Source: Phoronis australis
Lineage: Eukaryota; Animalia; Phoronida
Assembly: GCA_002633005.1 (NCBI GenBank)
Contig: NMRA01000144.1
Location: forward strand, 380,924-444,923
Reading direction: 5' to 3'
DNA: 64,000 nucleotides
Positions 25,401 through 37,400 of the stretch are shown here, one piece after another. Below the pieces are notes generated by a model that was not told the origin of the DNA, searched no databases, and saw only the letters and a list, made by a program, of their open reading frames with translations. The position numbers and the translations under genes are program-made. Within the stretch, counting starts at the first letter, position 1, and the number at the start of each line of letters is the position of its first letter.

Positions 25401-28400
25401 AGGTATACAGCCGAATCTCGTCGATATGTTTGCTGAAGTGGCCAGGAAACTTGATGATGATGTGAGACATTTGATATGTATCTGTATGGTGATATCTGGA
25501 ATTACATTTTGTTCAAACTATTTGTATCACTTATACGTGCAGATATCTGATGTGTATGTCTTAAGCTGGTTGTTATTCGAGAGAGTTTTTTTCCATTCTT
25601 TATACTTGTCATTTACCAGGTAGTGCTTAGCTCAGAATATTTGTGCAGCTTCACACATATTAGGCGACTGTACCTAAGTACGCACATGTACGGTACCTCA
25701 TGCTAATGAAGAGCAACATGCCGTGGGAGGCTTTCAAAGCAAAGGTGACCCCAGATTGAGACGGGTCATTGTGATACCACCCACAGTTTGTTCATCTTTA
25801 GTTACTGCGCTTAAAAACCTGCTTGACCTAAAGTAGAAAATTATAACGTGTACCAGTAAAGTGGGTTAAAAATTTATTTCCTAAACTACATTTATTTTGT
25901 GGGCCTTGTGATTTTTTGCAGTTATGATACCAGACTTTCTTGTATTTCATTGCAAATGAGATTAAAAAGTGATTACAATTTCTAATGGAACATTATGCAA
26001 TTAAAATACTTTGTGTGTTAAAGTGAGATGGAAATTCCTAGGCATCAGTAGTTTGGCATTTCTCCCACCATATATACACCAGGTGTCTTCAAATTTTCAG
26101 AATGTCATGGAGCTGTGGAAAATGGTTCAGTACATGACAGACATTCCAGTTGCTAGTGTGTCATCAGCTCGAGAGACACGCACCAGTAATGCAGTGCAGA
26201 GGAGTATGATACAGCAGGCTAAGAAGTATCTAGAACAGAGGTGAGTGTCTTATGAGTATGATCCAGCAGGCTAAGAGGTATCTAGAGCAGAGGTGACTTT
26301 GTTGTGAGTATGGTCCAGTAAACTAAGAGGTGACTAGAACTGAGGTGAGTGTGTTATGACTATGGTCCAGCAGGCTAAGACGTATCTAGAACGGAGGTGA
26401 GTTTGTTATGAGTATGGTCCAGCAGGCTAAGAGGTATCTAGAACAGAGGTGACTTTGTTGTGAGTATGGTCCAGTAGGCTAAGAGGTGTCTAGAACTGAG
26501 GTGAGTGTGTTATGAGTTGATATGATCCAGCAGGCTAAGAAGTATCTAGAACAGAGGTGAGTGTATTGTGAGTATGGTCCAGCAGACTAAGAGGTATACA
26601 GAACAGAGGTGAGTTTCCTTTGAATTTAATAGTAAAGAATAAGTTGGTGTAAATCAAAAGTTATTTTGTAACAGGTTTACATTCACTTTAATGCAATTAT
26701 TGAATAATTATAATTTTGAAATATGTAACGTTCCTTTGTTAAGACACCTTTGGTGAAGTTATTAATGCTTGCCATGATGTAGTCAAATTATTCTCAGTAC
26801 ATTTTACAACAGTTGACAGGATAAACACTTCCATAACTGTGCCATGGTGATGGTACAGTGGCTTTAGAAATAACATTCATCGTTGATAGGCATATTCAAA
26901 CATTCATCTGTTCTATGTCAAGGATGTAATGACACACAAATAACACTCGGATGTACATGGGATATATTTTGTATGCTACCATGACTTAATTATCAGAAAT
27001 TTGAAATCAGTATGAAGAATTATATTTTTGTTAATTTAATATGTTGTTTTTCAGTTATGCGAAGTTTATCATGTCAACCATCTATGGCAACTTACGCCAA
27101 GCACAGCTAGGGGGCGTACCTGGTACTTACCATCTGGTGCGCAGTTTTCTCAACGTCAGACTTTCACCATCCACCCCCGGCTTGGAGGTAATGAGATTAA
27201 AACATTCTATTTTGAACACTGTGCTGTCAAAGCCTCTTTGTTCATTACATGTGTTGGATATATGACTTGGTAGTGGGAGATTTCCTCCAAGCAATGTTGA
27301 CTGATTGTTTTGGACTGAAAAATGTAGTCAGTATTTTGTAACTGCTGAAATGTGGATTAAGTGTATGTGATGGGAATGGATGGATGTCTATCGTTGCACC
27401 TTACTCGCATTGTCCGTTTTTTATTTTGGACACTTTAATGGTTATTTTGATGTCGGTATGTGTTAATTAATTGTAAAAGTGACAAAGTTTTTAATAACTG
27501 CTGTTTGCGACACACCAGTGTTGTCACATGTCAATACTTTGCGTTGCTTTTGTTTATTTTGACTGGTATCTCTCTAGTATGTGTATTTCTGAAGGTTAAT
27601 AATCAACTTTGATTGCACCTTATCAGTTTTCATGTTGTTTTGCTAACCTGCACTAAAGATAAATGTGAGAACGAGGATTTTTTTTTTGTAGAATAATTTC
27701 AAGCTTGTTCTAATAGGTGTTTTGGGAAATAAATGTGAATGAATTTACGCTTAAGCTAATGAGGAAATTGTAGTAGGCAAGCACCCTGCGTTGTTGGAAT
27801 ATATTTATTACAAATCGCTTGGTCCGTTTTGATCACAGCCAAGTACATTCTGTAGGATAGGCTTTAAAATCCATATGTTCTATGACAAAATGATAGTTGA
27901 CAGTGTGCCATTTTTCAAATCATGTTCTCAAAACGGTGAACTGCGTTTTAATTGGACAACAAACTCAACTGCAAGTGCTGTCATTGTTGCCAACTAAATG
28001 CATACTTCTAGGAGTAGTGTCATCTACTACGAAACTTGCGTGTATGTTTTTGTTACGGTCAACCAAGTACTAGACAAGTTCTGAGAACAACACATTGGTC
28101 TGCTAACTGAATGGCCTGTCTAGTAATGCCAGTGTACAACACCTTGTTATTTCACAGAATGGCCTTGTGGATGGTCACCCTGTGTGGGCCATGATCTATT
28201 ACTGCATTCGTTGTGGAGATCTAGATGCTGCCTGGCAGGTTATTCGCAGTGCTGAGTAAGTATTGAGACGTGTCTCATTGTCATTTGTGGTCTGCTATGT
28301 CAATGCTTTGGAAAAAAGCTTTGAACTCTGTATTCCTCTATATATTATATATATTTCCGTTTAGTATTGATTGAATATATAATTTTTTTCTTAAAAGATA

Positions 28401-31400
28401 AAAGGGTGTTGTATCAAGGAATCCAAATATTTGGTTTATGGACAATGTAAATACTTTCATAAGCTTGGATGCTTTACTCTCTATTTCTGATGGTTTCCTA
28501 ATACCATAAAAATGTGGTTGTTATTTTAATTAGTATTTGTGTTGAGAATCTGTGTATGTTGTGAAAATGAAGGATTGATTACTCTTAGTCAGTGACAGTC
28601 AAATTTTCTATCAGATTCACGAAACTGTTTCAACTATAATAAATAACCTGCTACTGCTGGTGTGTGGAAATCTGGTCAACCTTATAATATTCACAAACCT
28701 TGTTACGCATTGAACACATGGAAATCAGGACTCCACAAATTTCCTCATCAGCTAGATACTACTATTGTATAAACTGACGCCTGGTGTAAGTATGACTGGC
28801 GCTAATTGGAAAGACTATTCATTTAGGCTATTAAGTATTAATGAGACGTTGCCTTCAGCATGACGGGTATTAAAAGAAATTTGCTGCCCAAATAATCCAA
28901 ATTTTGCCAGAGGAATGTGTACCTGCCTCTCCACACTCTCTTACTGTGGTGTTATAAGATGTGCCATTAATGTTTTCATTTCAGAAAATTGCTGGACGAA
29001 TTTCCGTCCTATTTCAAAGAGTACATGTCCTCAGAGGATCACAGACTTGGTATGGGAAGTGAACAGAGAATCAAGCTACATTATAGAAGGGCTATTAAGA
29101 CTTGTACAGATCCCTTCAAAAGGTTGGTGTTGTCAATGTCANTTTTTTGAGTAGAATAATTTCAAGCTTGTTCTAATAGGTGATTTGGGAAATAAATGTG
29201 AATGAATTTACGCTTAAGCTAATGAGGAAATTGTAGTAGGCAAGCACCCTGCATTGTTGGAATATATTTATTACAAATCTCTTGGTCCGTTTTGATCACA
29301 GCCAAGTACATTCTGTTGGATAGGCTTTAGAATCCATATGTTCTATGACAAAATGATAGTTGACAGTGTGCCATTTTTCAAATCATGCTCTCAAAACGGT
29401 GAACTGTGTTTTAATTGGACAACAAACTCAACTGCAAGTGCTGTCATTGTTGCCAACTAAATGCATACTTCTAGGAGTAGTGTCATCTACTACGAAATTT
29501 GCGTGTATGTTTTTGTTACGGTCAACCAAGTACTAGTTCTGAGAACAACACATTGGTCTGCTAACTGAATGGCCTGTCTAGTAATGCCAGTGTACAACAC
29601 CTTGTTATTTCACAGAATGGCCTTGTAGATGGTCACCCTGTGTGGGCCATGATCTATTACTGCATTCGTTGTGGAGATCTAGATGCTGCGTGGCAGGTTA
29701 TTCGCAGTGCTGAGTAAGTATTGAGACGTGTCTCATTGTCATTTGTAGTCTGCTATGTCAAACTACTTTCGCTGCATTCATGCTTTGGAAAAAAGCTTTG
29801 AACTCTGTATTCCTCTATATATTATATATATTTCCGTTTAGTATTGATTGAATATATAATTTTTTTCTTAAAAGATAAAAGGGTGTCGTATCAAGGAATC
29901 CAAATATTTGGTTTATGGAAAATGTAAATACTTTCATAAGCTTGGATGCTTTACTCTCTATTTCCTAATATCATAAAAATGTGGTTGTTATTTTAATTAG
30001 TATTTGTGTTGAGAATCTGTGTATGTTGTGAAAATGAAGGAATGATTACTCCTAGTCAGTGACAGTCAAATTTTCTATCAGATTCACGAAACTGTTTCAA
30101 CTATAATAAATAACCTGCTACTGCTGGTGTGGGGAAATCTGGTAAACCTTATAATATTCACAAACCTTGTTACGCATTGAACACATTGAAATCAGGACTC
30201 CACAAATTTCCTCATTAGCTAGATACTACTATTGTATAAACTGACGCCTGGTGTAAGTATGACTGGCGCTAATTGGAAAGACTATTCATTTAGGCTATTA
30301 AGTATTAATGAGACGTTGTCTTCAGCACAACGGGTATTAAAAGAAATTTGCTGCCCAAATAATCCAAATTTTGCCAGAGGAATGTGTACCTGCCTCTCCC
30401 CACTCTCTTACTGTGGTGTTATAAGATGTGCCATTAATGTTTTCATTTCAGAAAATTGCTGGACGAATTTCCGTCCTATTTCAAAGAATACATGTCCTCA
30501 GAGGATCACAGACTTGGTATGGGAAGTGAACAGAGAATCAAGCTACATTATAGAAGGGCTATTAAGACTTGTACAGATCCCTTCAAAAGGTTGGTGTTGT
30601 CAATGTCACTTTGAAACTACAGTTTTGCAAATAGCTTTCACAGAATATATATATCATGATAACTACTTCAACTAGATAAGCAAATTCCTTAAAATTAATG
30701 GTGCTGTCCTGTTAGACTGCATGCTTTATCATTGGTAGTAGAGATCCATGCAATGTCTAATTATCACAAATCTATATGAACTTGTGTCTCTCTTTAACTG
30801 GATATAAACCCGCCTTCTGGTACAAAAAACAACTTGTGAAATTGGTCTTAATTTGTGTGTTAGTCAAATTAGAGGTGACTTATGACCTGGAAAAGATTGA
30901 CAATTGGCTATTGCTTGAGTTCAGGCTCTACACATTGTCTTGTCACAGTGGGTCATTTTTTGCACTGAACGTAGTCTCTAGCAGTAATTGCTAAAGCCAC
31001 TTCACAGGGGTCCCGCATTTTGAGATCCATTGGATCTCGAAATACGGGACCCCCAGTAGATGACTGTTACCACAGTAATAAAGGGTTAGTTCTTAGTAAC
31101 GAAAGCTACAAATCACTTTTCATTTGAGAAAGGAACAAGTTGAGACCAAAATGTCTAAATTAAAATAAACTTTGTTTTCTTTTACGGAATGGTTTATGGG
31201 TGCTTTAAGTGTCAAGTCATCCCTGCACCACTTTCTTGTTCAGTAGTTTACAAAAACTGACGTGTCTTCTCGTTATAAAGAGTGTACAACACAATACTGC
31301 AATTATCTCTGATTTGCACATGATCTTGTGATTTCCGTCACAATTTTTCATTTAACTTAAACAAACACTAACAAATTTCAACCGCATTTGTCAACCTTTT

Positions 31401-34400
31401 TAAAAGTATATTCCCGGCGAGCAAAGTAATAATTGATTGTACAATAAATTGGCAGCAGCACAGGATTGAATGTTCCTCTGATGATTCCCCACATGTTAAA
31501 CAATGGAGTATTTTAAGCATATTTGAATGAACACAGACCTTGATAATTGCAATTAATGGCAGACCATGGCCAGAATTGGCTTTGTGTAATGAAATCACAA
31601 AAACAATGGATTTTGTTGTTTTATATCAATAATAATCCCAAAACTTTGATTTTCTGCCTCAAAAACTATAACAGAGAACGTAACAGTTTTTATGGTTTTG
31701 TTTACTTTTACTTGTTGTTCAAAAGTGAGAGTAACAGTGCTCTATCAAAAGTGTGTTAGATTTTCACGCTTGTACCTCAGAAGCGACCTTGACATTTGAT
31801 TTACTTTAAAAACAGATGAGCAAGATGAGTGCTTTAATTGTATGGCAGGTGAGCATAGTTATCCACACTGCTTAGTAGTATGCAGTTTTCTTGCCACAAA
31901 ATGGTAATAGAAATATTTATGGTCGCATTTCTGTACCAGACGCATGTAAAGTGCATATGATTGAGCCAAACCCATGGGCATGCCAACTCGCCAACTGGAG
32001 TAGAGGTCAATTCTGACCGAGAGTCAGAAACAGATGAAATGGCTGCGTAAATTCGTAATCATTGTCGAAAGTCGAATCTCTGATTAATTACAGATTAAAT
32101 TTTATTTCAAACTCGATTTTCAAGGTGCTTAAATGAAAAAATGTCACTTAATTAATTAATACAAGACAGTATAAATTTTCAACTTACATTTGTAGGCTAT
32201 GTTATGGGTAGAAAACTATTTGTTGTTACATGGCAATGTCGTAAAAATGATTATATGTGGTATTATAATTTAAAGTAAAAGTAATATGTTATAGTTTTTC
32301 ATAGAATCTAATTGTCCCTTTAAAGTCAGTAATTTTTTGTCATGGCTGTTGTGACCTCAAATCCGTACGGTGTGTTGCTTGTCCACTATGTTACAGACCA
32401 ATTGAACTGATGTGTTCATTCTATTTTCTTGTCTCCCAACTTTGCAGGGCGGTCTACTGTATTGTGGGTTGCTGTGACCCCAGCGAAGTCCATGCAGAGG
32501 TGGCTGATAAGACAGATGACTACTTATGGATCAAGCTCTGTCAAATACGTTTGGATGATCGCGAGGACGAGGGGTCATCTCAGGACAGGTTGACCTTGGC
32601 AGAGTTCCAGACACAATTACTGGAAGGATATGGTATAGTTGTGTGACTGTATACCTATGTTTATTTGTTTTTGTCTAATGTATGACATTTAGCTTTCAAT
32701 GTCTGGTATGTGAATTTGCAGTTGGTATTTGTTGATTAGGAGCACAGTTTGTATGCCATTTTTGTTTGTTACATCACTCTGTGTCATGTTTGTCAGTTTT
32801 TTATTAAATTTAATAATTTCCAACTACACCTTATATGCTTTGTATTTGTTTTGTAAGCTGTGCCAATATCCTGGCAACAAGATTTGGGTTTTTTTAAGCG
32901 AAGATGCAAGTATTTTGAAATGCCTAATTCCTTCTCCTTATCCCAGTGCACATTTGACTTAAGTCAAAAATCTTCATTTGGAATACAGTACAACAAAAAG
33001 TTAACTGCTCATTGGGTTTGTAAAAACTTGTACATGCAGTACGCAAAGCAGTAGTTTCCAATCCTTCATGACCGACACTGGTGTTGATTTTGTTCCTATT
33101 GTATTAGCCTATTGTTTTTAGTAAGTTAATGTATTCAGAGTATGGTTGAGTTTAGCAGACTCTACTTTTATTGCAGGTGAGTCTCACTTCAATGCTTACC
33201 ACCAGCCTCATCTCTATTTCCAAGTACTCTGGCTGACTGGTCAGTTTGAGGCGGCTATAGAGTTCCTGTCTCGTGTTGACCGCCTGCGCTGTCATGCAGT
33301 ACATGTTGCTCTTGTATTGTATCAGCTCAATCTTCTCCTTCTGCCTCATCCTCAGGCGCAGCTTTGTGAGTATCAACTTGTGTCTCATGCAGAAACGCAA
33401 AATTGCTCATTTGCACTGTTTAGAAATTCAAAAAACGTCAAAGCGTGGCCATTGACCTCTAGAAAGTCCGTCTTGAAATTTCCCTTACCGTTGTAGTTCT
33501 TTACGTTTGTTGCCATACAGGACAACCTAAATTGCTTAAGAAAGTCGTNCAAAAACACAATGGATTTTGTTGTTGTTTTATATCAACAATAATCCTAAAA
33601 CTGTGATTTTCTGCCTCAAAAACTATAACAGAGAACTTAACCGTTTTTAAGACTTTGTTTACTTTTACTTGTTGTTCAAAAGTGAGAGTAACAGTGCTCT
33701 ATCAAAAGTGTGTTAGATTTTCACGCTCGTACCTCAAAAGCGACTTTGACAATTGATGTACTTTAAAAACAGATGAGCAAGATGAGTGCTTTAATTGTAT
33801 GGCAGGTGAGTATAGTTATCCACACTGTTTAGTAGTATGCAGTTTTCTTGCCACAAAAATGGCAATAGAAATATTTATGATCGCATTGCTGTACCAGACG
33901 CATGTAAAGTGCATATGATTGGGCCAAACCCATGGGCATGCCAACTCACCAACTGGAGTAGAGGTCAATTCTGACCGAGAGTCAGAAACAGATGAACTAG
34001 CTGCGTACATTCGTAATCGTTGTCGAAAGTTGAATCTCTGATTAATTACAGATTAAATTTTATTTCAAAACTCGATTGTCAAGGTGCTTAAATGAAAAAA
34101 ATGTCAATTAATTAATACAAGACAGTGTAAATTTTCAACTTACCTTTGTAGGCCATCTTATGGGTAGAAAACTTTATTTGTTGTTGCATTTACTGCCTCA
34201 TGGCAATGTCGTAAAATGATTATGTGGTATTATAATTTAAAGTAAAAGTAATATGTTATAGTTTTTCATAGAGTCTAATTGTCCCTTTAAAGTCAGTAAT
34301 TCTTTGTCATGGCTGTTGTGACCTCAAATCCGTACGGTCTGTTGCTTGTCCATTATGTTGCAGACCAATTGAACTGATGTGTTCATTCTATTTTCTTGTC

Positions 34401-37400
34401 TCCCCACTTCACAGGGCGGTCTACTGTATTGTGGGTTGCTGTGACCCCAGCGAAGTCCATGCAGAGGTGGCTGATAAGACAGATGACTACTTATGGATCA
34501 AGCTGTGTCAAATACGTTTGGATGATCGTGAGGACGAGGGGTCAGCTCAGGACAGGCTGACCTTGGCAGAGTTCCAGACACAATTACTGGAAGGATATGG
34601 TATAGTTGTGTGACTGGATACCTCTGTTTATTCGTTTTTGTCTAATGTATAACATTTAGCTTTCAATGTCTAGTATGTGAATTTGCAGTTGATATTTGTT
34701 GATTAGGAGCACAGTTTGCATGCCATTTTTGTTTGTTACATCACTCTGTGTCATGTTTGTCAGTTTTATTAAATTTACAATGCTAATTTTTAACTACACC
34801 TGACATGCTTTGATTTTGTTTTGTAAGCTGTACCAATATCCTTGCAACAAGATTTAGGTTTTTTCAAGCAAAGATGCAAGTATTTTGAAATGCCTAATTC
34901 CTTCTCCTTATCCCAGTGCACATTTGACTTGAGTCAAAAGTCTTCATTTGGAAAAACTTGTACATGCCGTACGCAAAGCTGCAGTTTCCAATCCTTCATG
35001 ACCGACACTGGTGTTGATTTTGTTCCTATTGTATAAGCCTATTGTTTTTTAGTAAGTTAATGTATTCAGATTATGGTTGAGTTTAGCAGACTCTACATTT
35101 ATTGCAGGTGAGTCTCACTTCAATGCTTACCACCAGCCTCATCTCTATTTCCAAGTACTCTGGCTGACTGGTCAGTTTGAGGCGGCTATAGAGTTCCTGT
35201 CTCGTGTTGACCGCCTGCGCTGTCATGCAGTACATGTTGCTCTTGTATTGTATCAGCTCAATCTTCTCCTTCTGCCTCATCCTCAGGCGCAGCTTTGTGA
35301 GTATCAACTTGTGTCTCATGCAGAAACGCAAAATTGCTCATTTGCACTGTTTAGAAATTCAAAAAACATCAAAGCGTAGCCATTGACCTCTAGAAAGTCC
35401 GTCTTGAAATTTCCCTTACCGTTGTAGTTCTTTACGTTTGTTGCCATACAGGACAACCTAAATTGCTTAAGAAAGTCGTCGGGCTGACCAGCTTTTCCAA
35501 CATTTTCCATTTATAACAAGTCCATCCACAAGTCATATCTCATTTCCAACTGAAATATCAAACCATTACAATCATAGCAAGGGTATTTGTTTAAAAAATT
35601 CCAGTTTGATAGGATCAACCAGTTCGATAACACTTTTGAGGAGTTATTGGACAAGATGTACATCTATAACAAAAAAGAAACTGGACGGGTATGCGTGTCA
35701 AAAGTTGATTGGCAAACTTGTTATGACTTGTCTTTAATTGGTTTGGTTATGAGTACTGACTGTTAGTGGTAGTCATTTGCTGTACGCTGTATCATTTTTA
35801 TTTTCAGTATCCAAAGAATCCGCCGATCCTTCACCTTTGCGTCGTCTCAACTTTTCCCGCCTTGTTATGATGTACACACGCAAGTTTGAGAACACAGACC
35901 CAAGGGAAGCACTTCAATATTTTTACTTTTTGAGGTGAGGTGCTATGGCAGCTAGGTCTCTTCTATTGGGGTCTCGATTTCCTCCATGTTTGGTCTAAGA
36001 CTCATCTGCTAGGTACTAGATCTCTTGTGTATGGTCAGACTGTGCCACTATACTGAGCAGACAAAATGGTGTGGAATTTACTGTTATTTTGACTTTGCGT
36101 GTACAGTCGCCGTATTGGGAACTACAGGAAAACCAGACAGAAAGTTAGCCAGGTGGAAATACTATTGTATCTGCATTTATGGCATGGTGGAATTTGTTGT
36201 CTGTGCTGAGTAATAGTATTTTGAATTCTTTGATTGCTTTATCATGTTCTGATATTGTGAGAGAATGTAGACAAAAGCGATGGGTTAGGTTTTCGTGCAT
36301 GAATGTTATGGTGAAAAGCTAATGTTGGCGGTTGATAGAGAATGAGAATTGTATTCAAGATTGATGAGAGGTTTTTGGCTCTAACATGTATAATGTTAAA
36401 GTTTGAAATAATAGGTTGGGGTCGGGAATGGCAGACTGTAGAGTGCAACATGTTACATATTGTGACAGGATGATGGCCAGAATGTGAAGTTAGAACTTGG
36501 GAATAAGTGGGATTTGTACAGTCTTACAGGAGGTGCTATAGGCATCTGCTTTTGTTTTGTTGGGCTCTGAGGTTGAATGTTGTGAGAGCGGAGGGATTGT
36601 GGGTAAGATTTATGACAGTAGTCCCCATGCCAGGTTGCATACTAGAATAAGGAAGATTGATGGAAGGGTTAGAATCTAAATTTTTCTGTTTTATTTGAAA
36701 ATTCTTTACTCTTCAAACATTGTCAGACATTCAAGAGAATTAGTTGTTCTTGTGTAGTAATCAATGTATTGTAATTATTGTAAAATGTCAATTTTCAGAG
36801 ATTTGAAAACTAGTGAAGGTGAAAGCCTGTTCCTACTCTGCATCAGTGAACTAGTCTTGGAAACAAGAGAGGTTTGTTGGATTTTAACTTGTCATTAAGG
36901 TTGCATTTCTAATACTAAGTCACTGATAACATTATATTCTTCAAAGTTTGCTACTGAAAATTCTTTTTCTTGTTGCTATTGTTACATGTGGTTCAAATTT
37001 TTATTATTTTAAATTTTATTATTTTCAGTTTGAAATGTTGCTAGGAAAGTTGGACAAAGATGGAAGTCGGAAAGTAAGTTGGTTTAATTGTTATTAACGA
37101 CTGCTGGCAGGTGTTGCAGTTGAAACCCTGTGGCACATTTTGTCTGCGGTGGAATCGTAAGTAAAAAGACTTACTTTGACAATGTGTAAATTCACTTGAT
37201 GTGATTAAAAAGAGACAGTGCTTGACATCAAAGTTTGGCCATTTAAGATTACTGTGTCAAGGAGCTCTTGTGATTTCCTTTATAATATTTAGACCTTCAA
37301 GTCAGTTTTTCTTGTGTAAGATTACTTTGTAAACGTTTTGATGGCATTTCATGAATTTCCACTCTGTATTATTTCAATCCCAAAGTATCAGTACCATGTT

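Larger units (their letters stand above)
27681..30608 (+). repeat. Tandem near-identical duplication (about 1.46 kb x2) joined at a single N (29142)
   Basis: About 27681-29141 repeats as 29143-30608, introns included. Confidence 0.92.
31598..35479 (+). repeat. Tandem near-identical duplication (about 1.94 kb x2) joined at a single N (33549)
   Basis: About 31598-33548 repeats as 33550-35479, introns included. Confidence 0.92.

Noticed and set aside
26202-26616. Regularly spaced repeats as a CRISPR array
   Set aside because: Eukaryotic context, no unique spacers, and whole 52-bp units are homologous.
30232-30675. 147-aa ORF
   Set aside because: Intron sequence plus an off-frame reading of NUP93 exon 10.
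27681-35479. Mutually exclusive duplicated exon cassettes as a novel NUP93 splicing system
   Set aside because: Both junctions fall exactly on single Ns, introns are near-identical and differences look allelic; assembly artefact is favoured.
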